Positions 40,103 through 51,653 of a stretch of DNA of 64,000 nt are shown one piece after another (within the stretch, counting starts at the first letter, position 1; each line of letters opens with the position of its first letter). The notes beneath the pieces are model-generated. The model had not been told where the DNA came from and did not search any database. It saw only the letters and a list, made by a program, of their open reading frames with translations. A program made the position numbers and the translations under genes. The stretch is from Octopus vulgaris. Its lineage: Eukaryota. Location of the stretch: NCBI GenBank assembly GCA_951406725.2, contig OX597837.1:37510001-37574000 (forward strand), in the 5' to 3' direction.

Positions 40103-42874
40103 AGGTCAATCTTGTCAAGTGGGAGTGTTTGACGGAAAAGGGTTAAAAAAAACAAGAATTTGCATCTGTTAGTCATGGGTGCGTGAATGTAATTAGAGCC
40201 CAGGTAGGGATTTTGCTATGAAGTCACGATGGGGCCAAAGGGAACTCTGATTTTGCCTGGGATTAGCCAAATGTGTCTGTTGGCTGCAGGATATTAATTC
40301 TTTCACACTGTTCTCTTTCTTCAACTTCGGTCTCTTTCTGTCTGCTTCTCTGTAGAGTTTTTTGAAAAAGCTGAAATCAGCCAAGATGACTCGAAACCTC
40401 AGCACCTGATCATCGCTGTGTCGTCTGACCGTGGTCTGTGTGGAGCCATCCACACAGGTGTGGCTAAAGCTATTAAACATACCATTGCCAGCAAGAAGGA
40501 AGGAGTAGACACAAAACTGGTCCTTATTGGGGAAAAATCTCGAGGAATCCTTGCCAGGTAAGCATGCTGTCATCATCACCATCATCATTAGCAGTATCAG
40601 CATCATCATTATTGTTGTCATCATCATTGTCATTAACATCATTCTGTGTTTGTTTTTCATGCTGGTATGGGTCGGATAGTTAGACAGAGGACTGTGCCAA
40701 GCTTCCTTGTTTGCTTTGACATGGTTTCTATGGTTAGATAGAACCCTTCCTAACCCCAACCACTTCACAGAGTATACTGGGTACTTTTTATGTGGCACCT
40801 GTAGCAGCGAGTTCACGAAGTAACTTGCAAGACAGGGACCACCCCAACTGAGACAGGAGTTGTATTGATGAAGGTGGCTTTGTGCCAGGTATTGAGAGGT
40901 TAAAGTATGAATAGAGGGGACAGAACCAAGTGTCTTGCAGTGGAGAAGAGACATGGCTACACCAGTTAGAAAAGGAGAGAAAGAGATGTATTAGAGCGTG
41001 CCCTTAAGTTACAAGAGGGGTCTATGTAAGTGAAGCGAATTAGATGAATTGAGTGGACAGGTAGGTTTGCGAGAGTGCAGAGTGGACAGGTAAGTTTGTG
41101 AGAGTGCCGAGTGGACAGGTAAGTTTGTGAGAGTGCCGAGTGGACAGGTAGGTTTGCGAGAGTGCCAATTAGACGGGTAAGTTTGTGAGAGTGCCGAGTG
41201 GACAGGTAGGTTTGCGAGAGTGCCAATTAGACAGGTAAGTTTGTGAGAGTGCCGAGTGGACAGGTAGGTTTGCGAGAGTGCCGAATGGACAGGTAAGTTT
41301 GCAAGAGTGCCGAGTGGACAGGTAAGTTTGTGAGAGTGCTGAGTGGACAGGTAGGTTTGCGAGAGTGCCGAGTGGACAGGTAAGTTTGTGAGAGTGCCAA
41401 GTGGACAGGTAGGTTTGCGTGACACTGGTATCTGCTATGACTATGTTTTTACTTGGCTTGATGGGTCTTCTTCTCAAGCATGGCATAATTCCAAATAGAC
41501 TGTCATTGCCACCATGAGGCCCACCATTAATAGTTAAAAGCTATTTTATTGAAAAATAACAGTGAATTGATGACAATGAACTTTCCCTGCAGTGAATTAA
41601 TGATGATGAACTTACCAGACATGCCTATCTCTCCTACAGCATGACACCTGTTGCTGTCCGTCTACCATATTTTATCCTCCCTAACACTCGGCACAATGCC
41701 ACCTCTCTTAGTGCCCTCTCACTCTTTGAAGAAGTCTTATCTTGCAAGATATTTGGCGACCCCATAAGTGCTGGTGCCATAAAGAAAACAAAAAAATTGT
41801 ACTCGAGTCATTCTGTAAAGTGGTGGGCCTCTGGGAGGGCATCCGGCAACAGAAACGTTACCAAATCGGAGACTGAAGATCAATGCATCCCTCAAGCTAG
41901 TCAGATCCTGTCAAACCATCCGACTCCTGCCAGTATGGAACATGGGTGTTAAATGATGATGATACATTCATGCCTGTATATATTGATGATTTGAATAAGG
42001 GACAAACACTTGAAAAATATTTTTAAAAAAAACAACTACAGATCCCTCTCTTGCTTGCTAGTGCCCCTTTATGTCTCCAGTACCCATAAACATTTTTCTG
42101 CTGCTATCCCTAGGAGAGCATTGCCATCCACTTTTGCAAAGCACTGTATTAAACTGTAGCCCTTTTGTTACCATATTTCTGTGGAGATGCTCTCAGTTTC
42201 TTTCAATTAATTCTAAATATAACAAAGAATTTAGTAAAATAACTTAGTTATCATTCAGCTAGTGTTAGGAACATAATTTGTGACTAAGGTTTGCTGGAAA
42301 ATTTTAATTTGAAACTTAAGAAAACAAGACATTTGTACTCAGTGCCAGAGGTGGGTTCAGCCAGGTTGGTATCAAAAGGGTTAACCCATTCGTGCTAATC
42401 TTCTGCTTAACCCTTTCGTTACCGTATTTATTTTGGGATGCTCTGTGTTTCTTTCAACTAATTTTAAATATAACAAAGAATTTAGTAAAATAACTTAATC
42501 ATTTAGTTAGTGTTAGGAACATAAATTGTGATTAAGGTTTGGTGGAAAATTTTAATTCAAAGCTTAATAAAACAAGACATTTCTACTACAAAACCAGAGG
42601 TGGTTTCGGGTGGATTGGTAACAAAAGGGGTGGGCAAAACTGATGCAATTCCTGTTTTCTCTCTTTTTTCTCTTTTACTTGTTTCAGTCATTTGACTGCG
42701 GCTATGCTGGAGCACCGCCTTTAGTCGAGCAAATCGACCCCAGGATTTATTCTTTGTAAGCCCAGTACTTATTCTATCGGTCTCTTTTTGCCGAACCGCT
42801 AAGTGACGGGGACGTAAACACACCAGCATCGGTTGTCAAGCAATGCTAGGGGGACAAACACAGACACACACACA

Positions 42875-42920
<46 letters not shown>

Positions 42921-45900
42921 CATATATACGATAGGCTTCTTTCAGTTTCCGTCTACCAAATCCACTCACAAGGCATTGGTCAGCCCGGGGCTATAGCAGA
43001 AGACACTTGCCCAAGGTGCCATGCAGTGGGACTGAACCTGGAACCATGTGGTTGATTAGCAAGCTACTTACCACACAGCCACTCCTGCGCCTATTTGTAT
43101 TTCTTTATATTTTTCTTCTTTCTTTATTCTCCAGGGTGATGAGTGATAAGATCATGTTGGTCTTCAGTAACGTTGGTAAGAAACCACCAACCTTTGCCGA
43201 TGCTTCGCTGGTAGCCTCTGCCATTTTAGACTCCGGTTACAAGTTTGATCATGGAACTTTGTTCTATAATTATTTCAGGTAAGTGTGATATTTTTTTTTT
43301 TTGTCTTTTTGGCATGTGGTTTTTGTCCAGGTGTGGTTTGGAAGCCTATGGCAGGAGAGGCACATTGGCTTGCAGAAAGAAAACAGTTAAGCTCACTATT
43401 GCTCCACCCTGTGTAGCTGTCTTCTTTGACGAGTCTCGTCCAACTCCCATGCCAGCATGGGAAAAGAAAAAGACATAAAAATGACAACTGATGACGATTC
43501 TAAAATGAGATAAAATAAAATTTTTCATCTTGACATGAAGCTGATTGATGGCTTAACCCTCTAGCATTCAGCTTACTCTGTCAAATGTAATGCTTGTTTA
43601 TTCACGTTGTTTTGAATTCATCATCATCATCGTTTAATGTCTGTTTTCCATGCTGGCATGGGTTGGACGGTTCAACTTGGGTCTGAGAAGCCAGGAGGCT
43701 GCACCAGACTCCAGTCTGATCTATAATAATGATAATAATGAAATTATTGTATACAGTGCTCAGGTGCACCACAACTTGTGAGAAAGTGCGTATAAGGCAT
43801 ATGCAGTAATGTACAAGTGTCTGGAATGCGAACACTGTATGAGTCAGATACATGCTTGTGTGTGTATGGAGGGGAGAAGATCAGGTGTAGTGTTGGGGGA
43901 TCTCAGAAAGCATGGAAGTTTTGAAGGATGCAGTGCTCCGACAACTAACAACTGATGGGCCTCTGGTAGTGTTTCTACAGTTGGATGCTCTTCCTAACAC
44001 CAACCACTCTGAGAGTGTAGTGGGTGCTTTTTACGTGCTACCCTAGTGCAGGGGCCAGAGGGTGGGCTGGCATTGGCCATGTTCGGATGGTGCTTTTTAC
44101 CTGCCACCGGCACAGGAGCCAATCAAGGCAGTGCTGGCATCGGCCACAATTTGGGTGGTGCTTTTTACATGCCACCGGCACAGGAGCCAGTCAAGGCGAG
44201 GGGGCTGGCATCGACTACGTTCAAAAGGTGCTTTTTATGTGCCACCGACTACAATTTCCATTTGATTGTGATTTGATTTGCCTGGGGTTAGAAAATTTAT
44301 TTCCCACCACCTGCTTTACATATCTTCCTTTATTTACATTTACGTGTAGGAGTGTCGTTTCATACAAGACTTCTCAGATGCCTATCTTCTCCCTTGACGC
44401 TGTTAACCAGTCAGAGAAATTACCTGTCTACGACAGTATAGATGAAGAGGTGTTAGTCTCCTATAACGAATACGCTCTGGTCAGTAAGCTGTTCTACGGT
44501 ATGAAGGAATCGGCTTGCAGTGAACAGAGTTCAAGAATGACTGCCATGGATGGAGCCACCAAGAATGCCGGTAAGTACTACTGCCTTAGATTCATCAATC
44601 TGGCATCGCTTTCCTCCATCTCCCCGCCTCCTCTATCTCTCCTCTTTTTCCTATTTGTGCTTTGTATCTCTGAGAAATGCTGGTGCTGGTATGTGAGATA
44701 TATCAGTAACAATAGGCGCAGGAGTGGCTGTGTGGTAAGTAGCTTGCTAACCAACCACATGGTTCCGGGTTCAGTCCCACTGCGCGACATCTTGGGCAAG
44801 TGTCTTCTGCTATAGCCCCGGGCCGACCAATGCCTTGTGAGTGGATTTGGTAGACGGAAACTGAAAGAAGCCTGTCGTATATATATATATATATAGACCG
44901 AAGGCGGCGAGCTGGCAGAAACGTTAGCACGCCGGATGAAATGCTAAGCGGTATTTCGTCTGCGTTACGTTGTGAGTTCAAATTCCGCCGAGGTTGACTT
45001 TGCCTTTCATCCTTTCGGGGTCGATAAATTAATTACCAGTTCCGCACTGGGGTCGAATAATCGACTTAATACCTATGTCTGTTCTTGTTTGGCCCCTGTG
45101 GGTAATAAAGAAATATATATATATATATATATATATATGCGTGTGTGTTTGTCCCCCTAGCATTGCTTGACAACCGATGCTGGTGTGTTTACGTCCCCGT
45201 CACTTAGCGGTTCGGCAAAAGAGACCGATAGAATAAGTACTGGGCTTACAAAGAATAAGTCCCGGGGTCGATTTGCTCGCCTAAAGGCGGTGCTCCAGAT
45301 TGGCCGCAGTCAAATGACTGAAAGAGGTAAAAGAGTAAAAGTGAGTTGGGCCAGTGAGGGAGTCTCTTTAGGGGTTCTCAACTGGGGTCTATCATCATCA
45401 TCATCGTTTAACGTCCGCTTTCCATGCTAGCATGGGTTGGACGATTTTGACTGTGGGCTTGCGAACCAGATGGCTGCACCAGGCTCCAATCTTGATCTGG
45501 CAGAGTTTCTACAGCTGGATGCCCTTCCTAACGCCAACCACTCCGAGAGTGTAGTGGGTGCTTTTACGTGCCACCAGCACGGGGGGCCAGTCAGGCAGTA
45601 CTGGCAACGACCTCGCTTGAATCTTTTACACGTGCCACTGGCACAGGTGCCAGTAAGGCGATGCTGGTAATGATCACGCTCGAATGGTGTTTTTTACGTG
45701 CCACCGGCAATGATCACGTCCATATAAGATTATTGGAGGGTCCACAGTAATTCAGACGAGTAAAGTTTCATCATCATCATCGTTTAAAGTGTCTTGCTCA
45801 AGGACGCAACATGTTGCCATGAATTGAACTCCTGACCTTGTGATCATGAGCCAAATGCCATAACTGCTAAGCCACATGCTTTCTCTATACACACATGCAC

Positions 45901-46365
45901 ACCAATACCTCGTCAATTAAAATGACAGGTGTTCCAGTTGATCCAATCAATGGAACGGCCAGCTCATGAAATTAATGTGCAAGTGGCTGAGTACTCCACA
46001 GACATGCATAACCTTAATGTAGTTCTCAGGGAGATTCAGCATGACACAGAATGTGACAAGGGTGGCCCACTATGAATTACAGGTACAACTCGTTTTTGCC
46101 TACTGAATGGACTGTAGCAACATGAAAATAAAGTGTCTTGCTCAAGGGCACAAAATGCCACCAGGAATCGAACTCCCAACCTTACGATTATGAGCCAAAC
46201 ATCTTAACCACTAAACTACATACCTTTGCTTATATATATATATTTTTTTTCTGTTTGATTGCAGGTGAAATGATTGACAAACTGACATTGACCTACAACC
46301 GAACCAGGCAGGCCGTCATCACAAGAGAGTTGATAGAAATTATTTCTGGTGCGGCAGCTTTGTAG
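33075..46365 (+). CDS. ATP5F1C: Mitochondrial ATP synthase F1 subunit gamma, spliced CDS join(33075..33112,35720..35754,37212..37343,40356..40557,43135..43278,44350..44570,46265..46365), 290 aa
   Basis: Manual splicing gives an uninterrupted 873-nt frame: [54 protein letters not shown]...[11 protein letters not shown]...[10 protein letters not shown]...[50 protein letters not shown]. These are hallmark F1-gamma motifs. All six introns are GT..AG with compatible phases. Confidence 0.97.
33535..33856. repeat. Tandem duplication, ~160-bp unit, 2 copies, in intron 1
   Basis: CTGTATAATATGTTCA...CCTAGGAGACACACATTATATG occurs twice. Confidence 0.9.
35720..35754 (+). CDS. ATP5F1C: ATP5F1C exon 2 ([11 protein letters not shown])
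   Basis: gttttgcAG acceptor, GTAAGT donor; encodes the R-x-M|ATLKD mature N-terminus. Confidence 0.95.
37212..37343 (+). CDS. ATP5F1C: ATP5F1C exon 3 ([44 protein letters not shown])
   Basis: cttttcAG acceptor, GTAAGT donor; conserved KITKSMKMV motif. Confidence 0.97.
37495..37942. repeat. Minisatellite, ~33-35-bp unit GTACCCAGTTTAAATTCCAGTATCTAGTCCTTG, ~13 copies, in intron 3
   Basis: Head-to-tail repeats. Confidence 0.95.
37945..38321 (+). mobile_element. Decayed RLE-type LINE endonuclease fragment
   Basis: [22 protein letters not shown]...SVAEIK...[11 protein letters not shown] resembles the HNRPD...E-x-x / PIIIGALG C-terminal region of restriction-like endonucleases. Confidence 0.6.
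38334..38642. mobile_element. hAT (Charlie-like) MITE
   Basis: TIR CAGGGCTGGCCAAC / GTTGGCCAGGCCTG; near-TSD CTCTAGAC/CTCTAGCT. Confidence 0.7.
39658..40074 (+). mobile_element. 5'-truncated R4/Dong-like (RLE) non-LTR retrotransposon 3' end, interrupted by the tRNA-Lys SINE
   Basis: Encodes [17 protein letters not shown]...[30 protein letters not shown]; flanked by (AAT)n on both sides. Confidence 0.7.
39762..39853 (-). tRNA. tRNA-Lys(UUU)-like gene/pseudogene with 19-nt intron, forming the head of a short SINE
   Basis: Minus strand: (T)ACCGCA TAGCTCAGTCGGTAGAGCA TCAGA CTTTTA [TAGGTCAACCTTAGAAGTA] A TCTGA GGGTC GTGGG TTCAAGT CCCTC TGCGGTC. A and B boxes intact, intron after base 37; mismatches at 1:72 and in the T-stem. 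Confidence 0.75.
40356..40557 (+). CDS. ATP5F1C: ATP5F1C exon 4 (EFFEKAEI...[11 protein letters not shown]...[11 protein letters not shown])
   Basis: Pyrimidine tract plus tgtAG acceptor, GTAAGC donor; SDRGLCG motif. Confidence 0.97.
41051..41418 (+). repeat. Minisatellite, 29-bp unit GAGTGGACAGGTA(A/G)GTTTG(T/C)GAGAGTGCC, ~13 copies, in intron 4
   Basis: Units start at 41051, 41080, 41109 ... 41399. Confidence 0.95.
42670..43092 (-). mobile_element. Dominant SINE, antisense, at the 3' end of ATP5F1C intron 4
   Basis: Full reverse-complement copy ending ~42 nt before the exon 5 acceptor. Confidence 0.9.
43135..43278 (+). CDS. ATP5F1C: ATP5F1C exon 5 ([24 protein letters not shown]...FYNYFR)
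   Basis: ttctccAG acceptor, GTAAGT donor; KPPTF motif. Confidence 0.97.
44350..44570 (+). CDS. ATP5F1C: ATP5F1C exon 6 (SVVSYKT...[17 protein letters not shown])
   Basis: gtgtAG acceptor, GTAAGT donor; SEQSxRMTAMD motif. Confidence 0.97.
44714..45340 (+). mobile_element. Dominant SINE, sense, in intron 6, with a second SINE family nested in its TA tract (~44900-45112)
   Basis: Head 44714-44880, nested GGCGAGCTGGCAGAAACGTTAGC..TTCATCCTTTCGGGGTCGATAAA element, tail to 45340. Confidence 0.85.
46265..46365 (+). CDS. ATP5F1C: ATP5F1C exon 7 ([33 protein letters not shown])
   Basis: gattgcAG acceptor; C-terminal gamma signature; TAG stop at 46363-46365. Confidence 0.97.
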
Positions 46366-46500
46366 GAATCTTCCCATCTATTAACAGACGAAAGCTCTCT
46401 TCTCTTTCTCACCTGGTCGTGTTCATTTTTACCTGAAGAAGCTGCATCGTTGTAGATGACTTATCAAAAGAAAAGAAAAGACCATTTTTTTTTTTATAGC

Positions 46501-46538
46501 ATTAAAAATAAATTTACAGTAGGGGAGGAGAGAATAAA
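46501..46538 (+). terminator. Candidate polyadenylation signals of ATP5F1C
   Basis: ATTAAA at 46501 and AATAAA at 46507 and 46533, followed by a GT/T-rich downstream element (~46559-46580). Confidence 0.55.
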
Positions 46539-49500
46539 AATATAACAATACAATTTCAGTGTTTTCGTTTTGTGTGTGTCATCATCATCATCATCATCAT
46601 CCAATGTCCATGCTGGCATGGGTTGGATGGTTTGACCAGTGCTGGCAAGCTCGTGAGCTGCACCTGACTCCAGTTTGATTTTGCATGATGTCTATGGCAG
46701 GATGCCCTTCTAATCATCATCATCATCATCATCATCATCATTTAGCGTCTGCTTTCCATGCTAGCATGGGTTGGATGGTTCAACTGGGGTCTGGGAAGCC
46801 AGAAGGCTGCACCAGGCCCAGTCTGATCTGGCAATGTTTCTACGGCTGGATGCCCTTCCTAACGCCAACCTCCGTGAATGTAGTGGGTGCTTTTTACGTG
46901 CCAGACGGGGCTGGCAAACGGCCACGGTCAGATGGTGCTTTTTACGTGCCACCGGCATGGGGGCCAGGAGAGGCTGGCAACGGCCAGTGTGCTCGGTGCT
47001 TTTACATGGCACCGCTATGAGTGTTTTACACCACCAGTGAGAATACTGTGGAATACCGTTCCTTTGGAGTATAGCAAGGCGCAAGGCATCTTGGTCCTTT
47101 GTCATCTTATTTTAAAGGTTCGGTGTCCTGAGGTCATTCTTCAGTACTTCATCCAATGTCTTCCTGAGTCTACCACTTCCATGTGTTCCAACTTCTTTCA
47201 GAGATCGGCACTTCTTTATGGAGCTGTCGGCATCCATCAAGTTTTCTTTTGAGCTCTTCAGCATTCTGTCAAATGTAATGCTTATTTTATTCCCATTCTT
47301 TTGAATTGACCATCATAGGCACAGGTGTGGCTATGTGGTAAGAAATTTGCTTACCAACCAAATGGTTCCAGGTTCAGTTCTTATGTGGCGCCATGGGAGT
47401 GTATCTTCTATAACTCTAGGCTGACCAAAGTCCTGTGTTTTAGATGAAAACTAAAAGAAGCCTATCATATATATATAAGTACTCCATCTGGTGAGTGATG
47501 AATATTTAATATACACATTTTTTATGTGTTGTGAACATGCCAAGAAGTGTTTATTAACACATCTGCTGTCCTAGCACACTCATCTGATGATTGTGCCAGG
47601 ACACCAGATGTGTTAATAAACACTGCTTGGCATGTTCTCAGCACATCAAAACATTTATTGTGTTCATTAAATACTGTATATATATATGTGTGTGTATATA
47701 TATAATGTGAGGGTTGGCAACAGGAAGGGCATCCAACTAAAAATTAATCTGCTTTTATAAACTCCATCTGACCCATGGAAAACTGGACATTAAAATAATA
47801 ATGATTCACTCACTACACTCTCGGAGTGGTTGGCATTAGGAAGGGCAACCAGCTGTAGAAATTTTGCCAGACCAGATTGAGCCTGGTGCAGCCTCTGGCT
47901 CACCAGTCCTCAGTCAAACTGTCCGACCCATGCCAACATGGAAAGCAGACGTTAAATGATGATGATGACGCTGGTGTTTCTAACAAATAAAAAAAAAAAC
48001 TCTCTAGAAAGCTGAACAGTAGAAGGTTTCCAGAGAAGCAACCCACCTCAGGTAAGTATTTCAGCCCTTAACTTTTGAGACTCTAAAGGATCCAGGTCAT
48101 GGTTCCTGGGTGCCTTTCTGCTGATACTTTTTAGCCACTTGAATATTGGAGACTTGTGCATTTAAACCACTTGGAGATTTCATCTTGTTGAAACTCTTCT
48201 CCATTGACTCAGCATTCAAACTTATATTTAAAGAAGAAATAAAGTTGGTTGTCATGGTAGCGATGAAACATCACTGCTATCACAATGACTCATTCAGAGT
48301 CACTTGAAGTTTCAATTGAAGGCTTTAATTTGGATCACTTCAAAACAGGATTTTGTATTAATTGAACCAAGGACAGCTTTGGATGAGTTTGTATCTAAAG
48401 TGTTAAGATACTGATTGCAATAAGTGTTAAGACTTAACAAAAAAAACCAAGAACAATTCCCAACCCAACTGATTGCTCCCACCCTCTCTTCTAAAATGAG
48501 TAATCGCAGAACTCCTCTAAGAAGAAACCCGTTCTCTGGCCTTTTTCTTTCATAATTTAACCCTTTCTGTTCTTCAACTCCTAACATAAAATTGCTCCAC
48601 TTGGGGTTGTCCTGCAAAAGACAAAAAAACCTGTATGGTAGCATGAAAAAAAGCATCCACTACATGCTTCTTAATATCTGGGTTAGATATGCCAGGCCAG
48701 ATGTTACGTTCTGAGTTCAAACTCCATTGAAGTTGACATTGCCTTTCATCCATTTGGGGTTGATAAAATAAGTACCAGTTGAATACTGGGGTTGATGTAA
48801 TCGACTTATCCACTTCCTGAAATTGCTGGCCTTCTGTCAAAATTTTGAAACTAATATCTGAGTCAGATCCCAAAACTCGAATTTTTAGGGAAGTGGAGAG
48901 GGGTGGGGATAGGGGATACAAAAAAAGAAACCTAAACGACAAGAAAAATATTTATAAGACCGTTAAGGGTTGCTTGCATTTCTGGGAGGTGCAGATGAGA
49001 ACTGCTACCGTAAAGTAACTGACATTGGTATGGGCTTTCGGTTATTGAAACCATGCCCCTGGAGCACAGTGCAGTCCTTGGGGCCCGTCAAATCCTGTCA
49101 ACTCTTCTGACCCATGCCAGCATGGAACACAGATTGTTAAATGACGACGAACCAAGTCACCAATGTTTACCCTTTAAGTGTTCAGATTATTCTGCCAAAT
49201 GTGATGTTTATTTATTTATATTAGCTAAAGTAGTTGGTTTTAAAATCTCTGAAAGTGTTTCAAGTAGTAACAATACTAAACAGTACAATCTTTGTTGTCA
49301 CTTTTGCATGACTTCTATGCAGAAACAATATTAGTACAATCTAAACCCAGCTGTGTCTGTTATATTGCAAGTAAGGGAGCGAACCACTCCCTTCCATGGT
49401 TCACTCCCTTAGTTGCAACAAAGCAGACACAGGTTGTGTGTCGTTAACCAGCTGGGAAAAAGATATCTTCCTAGGGTTAAATTGTAGTAACAATGATCTG

Positions 49501-49574
49501 CATGGAACAGCCGCACAAAAGTGACAACAAAAATTACTATTTATATATATTCATAATCATCAGCGTTTAACGTC

Positions 49575-49843
49575 CACCTTCCATGCTGGCATTTGTGGGA
49601 CAGTTTGACAGGAGCCTGCACCAGACTTCTGCAACTGTTTTGGCAGGATTTTTACTGCTGGATCCCCTTCTTAACACCAACCACTCAGCAGAGTGGACTT
49701 AGTGCTTTTTATGAGGCACAAGCACAGGCAAGGTGGAAAAAGCATACTTCTAAATTTACCTGTCGTGTAACACTCTAGTAGTAGTAAGTCTACCAATGTC
49801 TAATTGCTTTGCTTTTCAGTTCGTCTTCGTCTAAAGTCTGTGA
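49575..49843 (+). pseudogene. Orphan duplicate of the ATP5F1C intron 2 3' end plus the first 24 nt of exon 3
   Basis: 49793-49843 is identical (51 nt) to 37185-37235; the upstream ~200 bp align with indels to ~36985-37180. Confidence 0.85.
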
Positions 49844-50851
49844 AGTTTTTACAACTGGATGGCCTTCCAAATGCCAACCACTTTATAGTGGGGACTGGAT
49901 GCTTTTTAAGTGGCACCTGCACTGGCAGGGTCACCAAGTAACCTACAAGACAAAAGTCTTTTGAGAGGAGTGGGGGCATTGGATGGGGTGGTCTTGTGTC
50001 AGATGATGAAAGGTTAGAGTGAGACAGGGAGACAGAAATGTGTGTTGGTGTAGAGGAGGTACAAGGTTACCTGGTCGGAGAGAGAGAAAGGGATCAGGAA
50101 TGAGGACAGAAACAGATGTACTACAGAAAGGAGATACATGGTTACCCAACCTGAGGGAAGGGCAGGAGAAGGAGAGAGAGAGAGTGGGAGACGTCAGGAT
50201 AGAGATGGTGGCAAAGTGTCGGGCATACTCATAAGGGTTGAGGCTCAGAATATAAATAGGATGGTCAAGTAAAGGCAGAGAAAGAAGTAGATGGTGGCAA
50301 GTGCCAGGGCATACCCTAGAGGTTCAAAGGTCATAATAGAAGTGACAAGATATTGCAAAAGAAGCACGATTAGGGAATGTAGAGGTGGGGAGTGAGTGGC
50401 AAAAACTTGGGCATTTATAGAGTGGGGGAGGGGGGCTACCGGATAGCAATGATACAGAGAAACAGGGCTGTGAGGACAGGATTGGGGAGTGAGATGTAGG
50501 CATAATGCATGAAGGAAGAGATGTAGAGATGTAGATTGGTTTGTTGGGGTAGGGTGTGCGAAAAGTTTTCTTGTTACCTGTGGGTAGAACATACAGATTG
50601 GGGTGGGGGGGGGCAGCAGATAACAATGATATAGTGAGGTCTCTTTCAATTACTTTTAAATATAACAAAGAATGTAGTAAAATAACTTAGTTATCCTTAA
50701 GCTAGTGTTAGGAAGATAAATTGTGACTGAGGTTTGGTGGAAGATTTTAATTCAAAACTTATGAAAACAGGACATTTGTACTACAGAGTCAGAGATGGTT
50801 TCAGCCAGGTTGGTAACGAAAGGGTTAAGAATTGTTTCTCTATTATATATT

Positions 50852-51073
50852 TTAACCATTTTGTTACCATATTTCTGTTGAGATGTTTTCTTTCAATTAA
50901 TTTTAAATATAACTAAAAATTTAGTAAAATAACTTGGTTATCATTAAGCTAGTGTTAGGAACATAAATTGTGACTAAGTTTGGTGGAAGATTTTAATTAA
51001 AAACTCATGAAAACAAGACATTTGTACTTAGAGCCAGAGGCAGTTTCAGCTGGGTTGGTAACGAAAGGGTTAA
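50852..51073. mobile_element. piggyBac-like MITE (TTAA-flanked); related copies at ~42160-42630, 50640-50828 and tandemised at ~57350-58150
   Basis: TTAA-CCATTTTGTTACC...GGTAACGAAAGGG-TTAA termini. Confidence 0.65.
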
Positions 51074-51526
51074 ACTGGGGAGAAAAAAAAGCAAGCATAA
51101 TCTAGGTATGGACTTGCATCAAATTCTGAGAAATTCCAGGAACAAGTACTCCAAATTTTCTATGTGATGTGTGAACACGTTAACAAGTCGTTACAAGTTT
51201 TAAACTGAATAAGAAAGATAGATGTAAGGTGGGAGAGGGGGGATTTTTTTTTTGTTCTTTTTTTAAGGAAAGGCTGAAGAAGAGGTTGATAACAAGTTTT
51301 TGCTTTGTTTTGAAGTGTTTTCTGCAAGCTTTTGTAATTAGCATGTGAAAATCCTTGTTGATTAAAGTTTTTGGTGTGAAACCTCAAAAGAAGTGCTGAT
51401 CACTTCCTCCACCTCTTCTGTCCTTATAAGTGGATACGTAAATGGGACAAATTAGAGATGCACTCCCCTATATGTAAGAGTATATATTCAAATATATATA
51501 TGGCATGGAAAGCGGACGTTAAAACG

Positions 51527-51653
51527 ATGATGATGGTGATGATGATGATGATGATGGTGATGGTGATGATGATGATGGTGATGATGATGATGATGATGGT
51601 GGTGGTGATGATGATGATGATGATGATGTTGGTGATGATGATGGTGGTGATGA
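51527..51653. repeat. (GAT/GGT)n trinucleotide repeat
   Basis: Direct inspection. Confidence 0.97.

Noticed and set aside
40193-40954. 253-aa minus-strand ORF
   Set aside because: Antisense shadow of ATP5F1C exon 4 plus repeat sequence
44024-44815. 263-aa ORF as a stand-alone gene
   Set aside because: Only 44350-44570 (exon 6) is coding; the flanks are intronic repeat read-through
48312-48656. 114-aa minus-strand ORF after a good acceptor
   Set aside because: No recognisable domain or linked upstream exon; cannot be supported without transcript data
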